This document shows positions 25,501 through 37,996 of a stretch of DNA of 64,000 nucleotides, piece after piece. The notes below the pieces were generated by a model. It saw only the letters and a list, made by a program, of their open reading frames with translations, had not been told where the DNA came from and ran no database searches. How positions within the stretch are numbered: position 1 is the first letter of the stretch; each line of letters starts with the position of its first letter. This DNA is from Macrostomum hystrix. Lineage: Eukaryota; Animalia; Platyhelminthes. The stretch covers positions 23,250,001 to 23,314,000 of the forward strand of contig CATNEN010000038.1 in the NCBI GenBank assembly GCA_950097015.1, read 5' to 3'. Position numbers and translations under genes: made by a program.

Positions 25501-28500
25501 CAACTAGGTATGCCCGAACAGTCTTCATTTAGTTTTGAATCCAATCGAATAATGCCTGCAACTAGGTATGCCCGAACAGTCTTCATTTAGTTTTGAATCC
25601 AATCGAATAATGCTTGCAACTAGGTATGCCCGAACAGTCTTCATTTAGTTTTGAATCCAATCGAATAATGCTTGCAACTAGGTATGCCCGAACAGTCTTC
25701 ATTTAGTTTTGAATCCAATCGAATAATGCTTGCAACTAGGTATGCCCGAACAGTCTTCATTTAGTTTTGAATCCAATCGAATAATGCTTGCAACTAGGTA
25801 TGCCCGAACAGTCTTCATTTAGTTTTGAATCCAATCGAATAATGCTTGCAACTAGGTATGCCCGAACAGTCTTCATTTAGTTTTGAATCCAATCGAATAA
25901 TGCCTGCAACTAGGTATGCCCGAACAGTCTTCATTTAGTTTTGAATCCAATCGAATAATGCCTGCAACTAGGTATGCCCGAACAGTCTTCATTTAGTTTT
26001 GAATCCAATCGAATAATGCTTGCAACTAGGTATGCCCGAACAGTCTTCATTTAGTTTTGAATCCAATCGAATAATGCTTGCAACTAGGTATGCCCGAACA
26101 GTCTTCATTTAGTTTTGAATCCAATCGAATAATGCTTGCAACTAGGTATGCCCGAACAGTCTTCATTTAGTTTTGCATCCAATCGAATAATGCCTGCAAC
26201 TAGGTATGCCCGAACAGTCTTCATTTAGTTTTGAATCCAATCGAATAATGCTTGCAACTAGGTATGCCCGAACAGTCTTCATTTAGTTTTGAATCCAATC
26301 GAATAATGCTTGCAACTAGGTATGCCCGAACAGTCTTCATTTAGTTTTGAATCCAATCGAATAATGCTTGCAACTAGGTATGCCCGAACAGTCTTCATTT
26401 AGTTTTGAATCCAATCGAATAATGCCTGCAACTAGGTATGCCCGAACAGTCTTCATTTAGTTTTGAATCCAATCGAATAATGCTTGCAACTAGGTATGCC
26501 CGAACAGTCTTCATTTAGTTTTGAATCCAATCGAATAATGCCTGCAACTAGGTATGCCCGAACAGTCTTCATTTAGTTTTGAATCCAATCGAATAATGCT
26601 TGCAACTAGGTATGCCCGAACAGTCTTCATTTAGTTTTGAATCCAATCGAATAATGCCTGCAACTAGGTATGCCCGAACAGTCTTCATTTAGTTTTGAAT
26701 CCAATCGAATAATGCCTGCAACTAGGTATGCCCGAACAGTCTTCATTTAGTTTTGAATCCAATCGAATAATGCCTGCAACTAGGTATGCCCGAACAGTCT
26801 TCATTTAGTTTTGAATCCAATCGAATAATGCTTGCAACTAGGTATGCCCGAACAGTCTTCATTTAGTTTTGAATCCAATCGAATAATGCTTGCAACTAGG
26901 TATGCCCGAACAGTCTTCATTTAGTTTTGAATCCAATCGAATAATGCTTGCAACTAGGTATGCCCGAACAGTCTTCATTTAGTTTTGAATCCAATCGAAT
27001 AATGCCTGCAACTAGGTATGCCCGAACAGTCTTCATTTAGTTTTGAATCCAATCGAATAAATCCTGCAACTAGGTATGCCCGAACAGTCTTCATTTAGTT
27101 TTGAATCCAATCGAATAATGCTTGCAACTAGGTATGCCCGAACAGTCTTCATTTAGTTTTGAATCCAATCGAATAATGCCTGCAACTAGGTATGCCCGAA
27201 CAGTCTTCATTTAGTTTTGAATCCAATCGAATAATGCTTGCAACTAGGTATGCCCGAACAGTCTTCATTTAGTTTTGAATCCAATCGAATAATGCTTGCA
27301 ACTAGGTATGCCCGAACAGTCTTCATTTAGTTTTGAATCCAATCGAATAATGCTTGCAACTAGGTATGCCCGAACAGTCTTCATTTAGTTTTGAATCCAA
27401 TCGAATAATGCTTGCAACTAGGTATGCCCGAACAGTCTTCATTTAGTTTTGAATCCAATCGAATAATGCTTGCAACTAGGTATGCCCGAACAGTCTTCAT
27501 TTAGTTTTGAATCCAATCGAATAATGCCTGCAACTAGGTATGCCCGAACAGTCTTCATTTAGTTTTGAATCCAATCGAATAATGCCTGCAACTAGGTATG
27601 CCCGAACAGTCTTCATTTAGTTTTGAATCCAATCGAATAATGCTTGCAACTAGGTATGCCCGAACAGTCTTCATTTAGTTTTGAATCCAATCGAATAATG
27701 CCTGCAACTAGGTATGCCCGAACAGTCTTCATTTAGTTTTGAATCCAATCGAATAATGCTTGCAACTAGGTATGCCCGAACAGTCTTCATTTAGTTTTGA
27801 ATCCAATCGAATAATGCCTGCAACTAGGTATGCCCGAACAGTCTTCATTTAGTTTTGAATCCAATCGAATAATGCCTGCAACTAGGTATGCCCGAACAGT
27901 CTTCATTTAGTTTTGAATCCAATCGAATAATGCCTGCAACTAGGTATGCCCGAACAGTCTTCATTTAGTTTTGAATCCAATCGAATAATGCTTGCAACTA
28001 GGTATGCCCGAACAGTCTTCATTTAGTTTTGAATCCAATCGAATAATGCTTGCAACTAGGTATGCCCGAACAGTCTTCATTTAGTTTTGAATCCAATCGA
28101 ATAATGCTTGCAACTAGGTATGCCCGAACAGTCTTCATTTAGTTTTGAATCCAATCGAATAATGCCTGCAACTAGGTATGCCCGAACAGTCTTCATTTAG
28201 TTTTGAATCCAATCGAATAATGCTTGCAACTAGGTATGCCCGAACAGTCTTCATTTAGTTTTGAATCCAATCGAATAATGCCTGCAACTAGGTATGCCCG
28301 AACAGTCTTCATTTAGTTTTGAATCCAATCGAATAATGCCTGCAACTAGGTATGCCCGAACAGTCTTCATTTAGTTTTGAATCCAATCGAATAATGCCTG
28401 CAACTAGGTATGCCCGAACAGTCTTCATTTAGTTTTGAATCCAATCGAATAATGCTTGCAACTAGGTATGCCCGAACAGTCTTCATTTAGTTTTGAATCC

Positions 28501-28692
28501 AATCGAATAATGCTTGCAACTAGGTATGCCCGAACAGTCTTCATTTAGTTTTGAATCCAATCGAATAATGCTTGCAACTAGGTATGCCCGAACAGTCTTC
28601 ATTTAGTTTTGAATCCAATCGAATAATGCCTGCAACTAGGTATGCCCGAACAGTCTTCATTTAGTTTTGAATCCAATCGAATAATGCTTGCA
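16561..28692. repeat. 58-bp satellite array, about 209 copies
   Basis: Unit TGCAACTAGGTATGCCCGAACAGTCTTCATTTAGTTTTGAATCCAATCGAATAATGC[C/T]. Period checked (16741 to 16799; 17031-16741 = 5x58). No spacers. Confidence 0.99.
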
Positions 28693-29499
28693 AGAATGCT
28701 TAAAAAACGTTTACATTTAAAACGAACAACGGTAGTAGCTTTAATCAAAGTATTTCATTTTATTTCTGAATCTAATAACGCTTGCAGCTATATGCTCGAA
28801 AATTCGTTTCACTTGCTGCTGCACTCAAAAAAGTTATAAATTTTCTCAGAGAGTAATAAAGAGATTAATAAAGCTAACAAATATTTGCTTCGAAATTATA
28901 GCTTATTAAAAGCGCTTACTATTAACAGTTGATTGTAGCCAAAAGCCTAAAAAAGAATAAAATAAAAAACTGTTACTTACGGCACATTACAGAAAGCGGC
29001 ACAATGATCGAAGTCGAGACAAGGTTTGACAATATATAGGCTGCAATTTCCAGGGCTAAAGAGGATGAGGAGAGGTCTCGCTAACATTGAGAAATATAAA
29101 AGCCCAATCTGTGTTTTTTGTTTTTCTTAAGTTTTTTGAGCACGAAAATTAAAAATAATGCTACCTTTCGATAATTCATGCTATCCCTGGATCACTCATT
29201 ATTCCCGCTCGATAATTTATGCTACTTCTTCGATAAAACATGCTATGCCTCGCTAAATCATTTTACCCCCTGAGTAAAAAGCATGACTTAAAAAGCATGC
29301 TACCTATTTCCTAGGCGAAATCATACCAACCCTTCTGTAGTTCATGCTACCCCTTCGATAAATTATGATACCGCATTGATAAATCATGCTGCCCCGTCGA
29401 TAAATAATATTTCCCCATCGATCATTCATGCCTCCCTCACCGATAATCCATGCTTCCCCTCAATAAATTTTGCTCACCCTCGATAATTAGCACTACACC

Positions 29500-30370
29500 T
29501 TGATACGTCCTTCTACCCCATCGATAAGTCCTTCAACCCCATCGATAAGTCATTCTACCCCATCGATAAGTCCTTCAACCCCATCGATGAGTCCTTCAAC
29601 CCCATCGATAAGTCTTTCAACCCCATCGATGAGTCCTTCAACCCAATCGATAAGTCCTTCAACCCCATCGATGAGTCCTTCAACCCCATCGATGAGTCCT
29701 TCAACCCAATCGATGAGTCCTTCAACCCCATCGATGAGTCCTTCAACCCAATCGATGAGTCCTTCAACCCCATCGATGAGTCCTTCTACCCCATCGATGA
29801 GTCCTTCTACCCCATCGATGAGTCCTTCAACCCCATCGATGAGTCCTTCTACCCCATCGATGAGTCCTTCAACCCCATCGATGAGTCCTTCAACCCCATC
29901 GATGAGTCCTTCAACCCAATCGATGAGTCCTTCAACCCCATCGATGAGTCCTTCAACCCAATCGATGAGTCCTTCAACCCCATCGATGAGTCCTTCAACC
30001 CAATCGATGAGTCCTTCAACCCCATCGATGAGTCCTTCTACCCCATCGATAAGTCCCTCAACCCCATCGAAGTCCTTCTACCCCATCGATAAGTCCTTCA
30101 ACCCCATCGATAAGTCCTTCAACCCCATCGATGAGTCCTTCTACCCCATCGATAAGTCCTTCTACCCCATCGATAAGTCCTTCTACCCCATCGATAAGTC
30201 CTTCTACTCCATCGATAAGTCCTTCTACCCCATCGATGAGTCCTTCAACCCCATCCATAAGTCATTGTACCCCATTGATAAGTCCTTCAACCCCATCGAT
30301 GAATCCTTCAACCCCATCGATGAGTCCTTCAACCCCATCCATAAGTCATTGTTCCCCATTGATAAGTCTG
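29500..30370. repeat. 21-bp minisatellite (CCCCATCGATGAGTCCTTCAA)n
   Basis: Visible tandem unit; source of the spurious SPSTPSM ORF. Confidence 0.95.
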
Positions 30371-30442
30371 CTACTACGCCGATATTTCATGCTACCCCCA
30401 CAATACAACGCGGTATTTCTATAAGCCTTGCGAATGCCTTAG

Positions 30443-30562
30443 TATATCGAGGGGGTAAGCTTGATATATCGAGGGGGTAAGCTTGATATATCGAGGGGGT
30501 AAGCTTGATATATCGAGGGGGTAAGCTTGATATATCGAGGGGGTAATCTTGATTTATCGAGG
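30443..30562. repeat. 22-bp tandem repeat (TATATCGAGGGGGTAAGCTTGA) x~5
   Basis: Visible. The reverse complement resembles the 20/21-bp minisatellite unit. Confidence 0.9.
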
Positions 30563-30689
30563 AGTAGCATACATTATCGACGGGACGGTAATAAATTACG
30601 TTAAACAACTCTGCAACCCAACTCCGTGATCTCCAACATTGTCGTCCCTGATCCCAAATACTGTCGCCTCTAATCCTTGTTGTTTAATA

Positions 30690-31010
30690 TATAATTAATT
30701 AATTAATTAATAATTGATTACACCTGCCCCCAATTGGGTCAGATGTGCAGCCGACAGCACAGCCGCAGCTATAATGCGCGGCGCATCTGAAGGCTGCGTA
30801 CAGCTGTTCAGTCCACGGACTGGAGGGACGCCACACCCACCTTCAATTATCCCAGCTAACTCTGGTACCCATTTAACAGCTGGGTGAACTGAAGCAATGC
30901 AGAGTTAAGTGTCTTGCTAAAGGACATAAATTGTTCCAGTGGAGTCGGGAATCGAACCCCCGACCTTCAAGTCGTGAGTCCGACGCCCTAACCACTAGGC
31001 TACAACCTCT
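30690..31010 (-). mobile_element. tRNA-derived CORE-like SINE (family B)
   Basis: Reverse complement of 11831-12141. Confidence 0.9.
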
Positions 31011-31292
31011 GCTATATATATATATATATAGTTTTAAGTTTTAAAAAAATATTAGACTAGCACACTGTGCCCCCCTTGGGGGCCACTACTGTTCAGACAA
31101 AAAATATAGTGTAATGCATAAAGACAAAACCCGCTTGAAAGTTAACAAAAACGATCTTGAAAAAAATGAGCTCGCATACTTTCTGACACCAAGAAAGTGT
31201 CTACACCAAGAGCCCCATTGGGGCAGAATTACACAAGTAACTTACGTTTGATACAATTCAGCTTAATGCTACTATGGTACATGTGAATACTA

Positions 31293-31590
31293 TCCCCTCA
31301 GCAGCAGAGAACTAATGTCCCCTCAGCAGCAGAGAACTAATGTCCCTCAGCAGCAGAGAACTAATGTCCCCTCAGCAGCAGAGAACTAATGTCCCCTCAG
31401 CAGCAGAGAACTAATGTCCCCTCAGCAGCAGAGAACTAATTTCGCTTCAGCAGCAGAGAACTAATTTCGCTTCAGCAGCAGAGAACCAATTCCCCCAAGC
31501 AGCAGAGAACTAATGTCCCCTCAGCAGCAGAGGATTAATGTCCCCTCAGTAGCAAATAACCAATGTCCCCCAAGAAGCAGATAACTAATT
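31293..31590. repeat. ~25-bp tandem repeat (CCCCTCAGCAGCAGAGAACTAATGT)n
   Basis: Visible, about 12 copies, degenerating at the 3' end. Confidence 0.92.
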
Positions 31591-33399
31591 CTAAACACAT
31601 TTATAAACCTTTAAACACGTTAAAGACTTGTTGGACACATTTAGAAAATTGAGACAAGGTTTGAATGAATTTATGTTGTAGTAAGAAAGGAGTAGATGTC
31701 TCGCAAGAATTGAGTAATGTATATCGTTGAATTGAATTGAAGTCTGCTACATTTTACCTATTCAAATCAAACACACACGGGTGAGAAAAGCTGTGATGTA
31801 ATCCTGTAACCTATTTATAAATACGCACTGACTATCTTGCCAGTGTGAAAATCTTGCTTGCTTGCTTGTAATTTATTTCTCCCGAATGGCTCAACCGATT
31901 TTCACCATTTCTTCGCCAAAAGATGCCAAATATGGGGACAATTATACATGTATTTTTATTAAGCTTAAGTTCATTTCTAAGCGGATTAAATATTCGAAAA
32001 CCGGTTTTAGATAGATTTTTATTGCATTCAATCAGAGCCAGTTTTGTCAACATGCATACCACTGTCAATTTTAGTGATTGCATCGGGTCCAGTTTTGTTA
32101 AAAGTGAGCACACTGATAAGAATTTCACTGCGTCAAATGTGCATAGCTGTGTCAACCCCAAAAAGGACTAAACCTCGATAAATCATGCTACCCCCTCAAT
32201 ATTTCATGCTACCCCCTCGACAATTCATGCTTCCTCCTCGATAACTTAGGCAACCCTCCTTCTAATTGATGATAAACTTTTGATAATTCTTGTTTTCTTA
32301 ACGATAATTCATGCTTCCACCTTGATAGTTCATGCTTCCCCTTAAAAGCTCATGCTCCCCTCGATAAGTCATGATTTACCCTTAATAATTCATTCTTTTC
32401 CCTCGTCATTTCATGCTTCCCCACAACAATTCTTGCCTTCTCCGCAATAATTCATGCTACTCCTTCGATAAATCATGCTACCCTCCTTAATAAATCATTC
32501 TATCGTCTTAAAAAATTGTCTAAAAGCATTATGCTATTACCTGAAAATATCGATCATTCTTTCTCCTGGAAATCTCATGCAATCCTTTCAATAAATCAAG
32601 ATATTCCATAGATATCGAATGCTTTTCCACAAAAACTCCATGCAATTTACTTGATATATCATGCTGCTGTCCATTGATATCTAGCGCTGAATTCTTAAGT
32701 TATATGTTTGTTGTAGTGCTTCTTCTAATCTGCACTTTCCTAGTAATTCAAATACATACTGTAAGTGGTTGGCCTAAATTCCTTATATTTATTGCCTTTA
32801 GTCACTTAAAGTGACATATACATTATACCACACCCCTGCTCGGGTGGACTGATACAAACTACGAATAGTTTGGGTAGCGTGGCTCTTTGTCACGATATTT
32901 CTGGCCTTCTGCCAGTAGTATTCTAGATACTAAATCTAGTTAGTTCTGGTGATTCAGACAATACTCTCAGGTGATTCAGACAAGTTTTGTCAGGTAATTC
33001 AGGCTCTCTGGCCAGTCTGTACTCGGGCTTCCCCGGATCGGTTTTTAACGGCTTCCACTTACTTTAGAAATAAGTAAGGCATTTTGAATATGCTCACAAA
33101 GAGACTGAACTGTTTAAGCTCCAATTTAATGGCAGACCAAACGGTTAACTCCCTGTATGAAAACCCCTCAGTATACCAAAGTTCCTAATGAATATTCCCA
33201 GTGTATTTCAGTAAAGTAAAACAACGTTTATGTATAGATATTCGTAGCATATAAAAATATATAAAAGAATATTTCGCGCGCCAATTTAGTTTGGCCAATG
33301 AGGGCCCTTTACATGTTCGTATTCTAATTATTATGCTTTCAAAATACAGAAAAAACAATCATTTGCTTCCCTGCACGAAAAAACACTAAGTTTTTTAAG

Positions 33400-34880
33400 A
33401 GTAATGCTACTAGCTAGGATTAAAATATTATGTCCTAGCTTTGAATCTAATAACAGCAATGCTCGAAACAATTTTCTTTAGTTTTGAATATAAAAAAACG
33501 CTAACAGCTACGTATGCTCGAACACTCTTCATTAATTTTTGAATCGATAACGCTTGAAGAAATGCTCGAAAAAGTTAAAACAAAAAAGAATAACGCTTTT
33601 AGCTATGCTCAACATATTTTTTGTTGTGCGCTTGACATACGCTTGCAGCTGTGCTGGAAAAATGTTAGTTTGGAATAAAAACATTTTAACAGCAACGTAT
33701 GCTCAAACAGTCTTCATTTATTTTTAATCCTATTGAATATTTCTTGCAAGAATCCTGGAAAAAACGTTAGAATTTAAAATGAACTACGATAATAGCTTTG
33801 CTCAAAGTATTTTCCTTTATTTTTGAATCTACCTAAGGTAAAAACGCTGGCACAAATGCTCGAAAATTCTTTACTCAGTATTGTATCGAATAAAACTTGC
33901 TGCTGCACTCAAAAAATATATTTTCTTTTCTCAAGAAAAAAGAGCAATTAAGCAAAAAATATTTGCTTTGACAGTAGCTAATCAATAGCTTTTGCTATTA
34001 TCAGTTAGTTGTACCCAAAAACCTAAAAGAGAATAATAAAAATCTGATACGAACCGTACAACGTTTTTAACTGCTGATGATAGATAATATATCAACATAT
34101 CATGATATCTCATCTCTCATTTTATAAATCATAAAATATTTTCTTCTAGCTTTGAATCTAATAACGATTACCACAATGCTCGAAACACATTTCTTTAGTT
34201 TTGAAAATAAAAAACGCTAAAGCTATACGTATGCTCGATCAGTCTTCGTCGAATAATTTTTTTAATTACTACTATAAAATAAACTATTTTTTAATCTAAT
34301 AAGGCTTAAAGCATTACTAAAAAATAGAAAAAATAGAAATTAATTACACTCTTTTATCTGTGCTCAACTTTTTTTGTTGGAGTTTTGAATGTGATAACGC
34401 TTGCACAGCTATGCTCAAAAAATCTTTCCTTAGTTTTAGTATCGAATAAAACTTGCTGCTTCACTCGAAAAAACTTATATTCTTCTCTGAAAGCGAGTAC
34501 AGTGATAATAAAGCTAGGCCTAATAAATATCTGCCTTGACAGTATAGCTAACCAAAAGCGCTTAAACTATTTGTACTCGAACCAAAAAATGCCCAATAAA
34601 AATGCTGAAACAAACAGGAACTTATGTTTTTAACTGTTAATGTTAGAAGATTATAAGAAAATGAAGCAGTAACAAAACTTATGCTGAAATTCGACCTGCA
34701 TTCTACAAAAGCATAAAAGTATACTTTACTTCGGAGCTAGATGACAAGAAAGCGGCACAATGATCGAAGTCGAGACAAGGTTTGACAGTATTAAGGCTTC
34801 AGTTATATATATTCAGGCTTATGGACAGAAATGAGGAGGAGAGGTCGCGCTAGCATTGAGCATCATAAAAGCCCAATCCT
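33400..34880. repeat. Diverged paralog(s) of the AT-rich module that hosts the 58-bp satellite
   Basis: 33640-33830 matches the array flanks (16505-16600 and 28690-28775). 34747-34878 matches 28991-29110 (agaaagcggcacaatgatcgaagtcgagacaaggtttgaca...taaaagcccaatc). Confidence 0.8.
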
Positions 34881-35505
34881 TTGAAATCTGCTATGCACGT
34901 CTTCCTTATTCAAATCGAATCACTCAATCAACCAAGAGAATCGTTTATAAACTCACGTACGGGTCGAAAAGCAGTGACGCAATCCTATTCAATTGAGAGT
35001 ATCGGGCCCTGTTCTGTGCTATACCAATGCACGCGCGGGCGAGAAAAAGCACCGATGCAATCTAATAAAGCTGACAGTGTCCGGCCCTATTCTAATAGAC
35101 AGAATGATGAAATTTGATCAGTCTAATCCTTGAATGAATGAAACTTTTTAGTGAAAACAGGATAAAAATTGGTCAAATGGTTCAAACGGTAGAGCGCCAC
35201 AACAGTATATATTGTTGACATGTTAACAAACTTAAGACATTAAAAACAAACTTAACACTATATCAGTCAGATAATAAAGGGAGAGTCAGACAGTGAAAGA
35301 TGGAATGAATCGAAATAAATAATTCAGCGTCGAATTCCAGTGAAGCAATTCCAATTTAGTGGCATCATTAAAATTCTCAGCGAGCCATGATGGTTTGAAC
35401 TTTGAAAAAATGGGCGAAAAATCGAGTTTTTCGAACTTTTTAATAGGCGGGTAAAGCTTGCGGCTTTAACCGCTTTTAATGTTTGAGCAATCCGCCTCGC
35501 TACCT

Positions 35506-36980
35506 GTCCTGAGAATCGTGATCAAGTTGAGGAGCTTATCCTGGACGAGCTAAAGAATAGCAGATACATGCTAGTGAAAGATAAGCCGCACATCATCAGC
35601 CCCCTGGGAGCTGTGGCCAAGTCCTCTGGTGGCCTTCGGCTGATCCACGACGCCAGCCTGCCTCGGGGCCGAAGCATCAATGAGTATTTCAAGCAGGACA
35701 AAAAGCTTCGCTTTTCGACAGTCAGCGCGTTTACTAAGAAACTGAAGCTGGGTTGGTTTATGGCAAAAATCGATCTGGCCAAAGCCTACCGCTCCTGTCC
35801 TGTAAGCTCTACGGCCTACTCAATCACAGGACTCCGGTGGACCTTCAGCGGCGAGAGTAAGCCCAGGTACCTCGTCGACACGTGCCTCGGCTTCGGGTTT
35901 GCTGCTAGCGTCAACATATTCCACCGGCTGTCGGAAGCTGTCAAGCGCATGATGGTTCGGCGAGGTCACCTAGTTATCTGCAATTATCTCGATGACTTTG
36001 CCGTTGCCGCGAACACACGGGAAGCCTGCCAGGAAGCCTATAGCACACTCCTGAATCTGCTGCGCCGCCTGGGCTTTGCAATTAACTGGGAGAAGCTATC
36101 TCCACCCAGCAAGTCCATGGTCTTTCTCGGCATCCACATCGATACGGCTGCAGGCCGCCTGACTCTCCCGCAGGAGAAACTCGAATCTTTGCAGAGTTTG
36201 CTGGACGCCGCAGCTGCCAGCAAGCGACTCAGCAAAAAGCAACTGCAAAAGCTTTGCGGAAAAATCGGTTGGTTTTGCGAGGTCGCCCGCGCTGGTAGAT
36301 CGTTACTTCGGGGCCTCATCAACCTGACCAACAGCCTAGATTTGCCTCACCACAAGATGCGCATCGAAGGTCAACTTGGTGAGCAACTGCGTTTCTGGCG
36401 ATCAGCGACAAACTGGATGCATGGAATTGAATTGTGGCCGGCCTTCTCGAACCGGCTGGTGGTTGAAACAGACGCGTGTCTGGCAGGTGGTGCTGCGGTC
36501 ATTTCTGATGGAGCTAATACCGACTGGATTTACGTGAATTGGTTAGCTGACTTCAACAGTGCTTTGCACGGTCTGCACATCAACTACCTGGAGTGTGTGA
36601 TGCCTTTGATTTTTATTATCCTGTTCAAGGAGCGCCTAGCTAACTGCCACGTTGTCTTTTACACCGACAACTCATCCGTTGCCGGGATGCTGCGCAAGGG
36701 CTCTGCCAAGCCGCCGGTGGTTCAAGCGCTGATGCGCACGGCTGTTTTACTCGCGCTAAAGCACCGCATTCACTTCGAGGTGTTTCATGTCCCTGGCCGT
36801 TATCAAATTTTTAGTGACCCAGCTTCTCGTCTGAACCACAAGCATGGACTCATTAACTTTTTATTTCGCTACTATGGCACAATCTACATCGACCCTTCTG
36901 TTATCGCATCGCACGCCCTGTCTGCTGCTTCCTGTCAATCTCTCCTTTCACAGGTTCAGCGGCTGCAGCGGAGCCCCTAA
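35506..36980 (+). CDS. DIRS/Ngaro reverse transcriptase-RNase H, N-terminally truncated (ORF track start 35568)
   Basis: KIDLAKAY, LGFGFAAS, YLDD; RNase H VETDAC / INYLE / YTDN / SDPASR. The frame stays open and homologous to element #2 upstream of the Met (PENRDQVEELILDEL). Confidence 0.92.
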
Positions 36981-37996
36981 GGACGGAACGAGACCGGCTG
37001 CTCAACCAAGCTCTGGCACCGAATACGAGACGAGCACTACGGTCCCAGCTAGCCTGCTGGGAGCGCTTCTGCAGCGACATCAGCGTGCACCCTCTAGAGG
37101 CCGATGGACCGACGGTGTCACTCTACGTATCACACCTACACCTCAAGCACCTGACCTCATTCGCCAGCTTCCCCGCCTACCTGCACGCGGTGTCGTGGCT
37201 CTACAAGCTGGCTGGGAGGACCGACCCGACTGCCCACCCTCTAGTGCGCCTTGCCCTTCAAGGCGTCAAGCGGCAGCGCGGCGCCCATGCGAGACAAAAA
37301 GCCGGTCTGACCCCCGCCATGCTGCTGCAGCTCAGGTCACACATCGACACAACATCCTGCCGCGGCGCGGCCTTCTGGTGCTGTCTGCTGGTCGGCTTCT
37401 GGGGTCTGCTGCGTGCGGACAATCTGTGCCTCTCTTCTGAATCAGCCGCCCGGAGCCCGCAGTCTTCAGCCAGGGCGGTGCGGCTGAAAGACCTGCAGCT
37501 GTGCAACAGCGGCATCGAGCTGCGAATCCGTCACAGCAAGACCATCCAGTTCGCTCAGCGTGAGCACATGGTCTGGCTGCCACGATTGCCCACCGCGAAT
37601 GGGTCTCGTCATCCGCTCTGCCCGTTCAACGCGGTCCTCCTTCACCTCAAGCTCAATAATCTCGCGGAAAACGGACTCGACTCGATCCTGTTTGCCTTTC
37701 GATCGGGCCAACGACGGGTCCCGGTATGTCGATCGCAATTTACCAGACAACTGTTTAAAGCGGCGACAGCGGCTGGCCTCGACCCGACAACAATCTCCGG
37801 GCACTCATTGCGCAGAGGCGGAGCGACATTTTTCGCCAGCTCAGGAGCATCAGTGCAAGAAGTTATGGCTTTGGGAGACTGGCGCAGCGACTCCGTGTTC
37901 CGCTACATCAAACCGGGTGATGAGGGGCGCCGGCGTGCGGTAGACGCAGCATCTGCCCACATCATCAGCTGCCACCCATACCCTCACCGCTTTTAA
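36954..37996 (+). CDS. Tyrosine recombinase of Ngaro #1 (intact frame, -1 relative to RT, overlapping the RT end)
   Basis: ALAPNTRRA..W..FC N-terminal domain; catalytic R (LLRAD), K (HSKT), HSLRRGG, GDW, RY. The frame opens after TAA 36854-36856 and has no AUG until 37319. Start is given at the predicted splice acceptor. Confidence 0.9.

Noticed and set aside
16561-28692. CRISPR-like array or information-coding binary tape
   Set aside because: Contiguous monomers without unique spacers, no cas genes, eukaryotic context. The C/T pattern is explained by block duplication.
29500-30480. 326-aa ORF with SPSTPSM heptads resembling the RNA Pol II CTD or a mucin
   Set aside because: Translation of a 21-bp minisatellite related to neighbouring non-coding repeats; TTG start, frame switch within the array, no splice context.
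31832-32171. Opposing 109-aa and 82-aa ORFs; also 39044-39307
   Set aside because: No recognisable domain or splice support; probably chance ORFs or TE debris.
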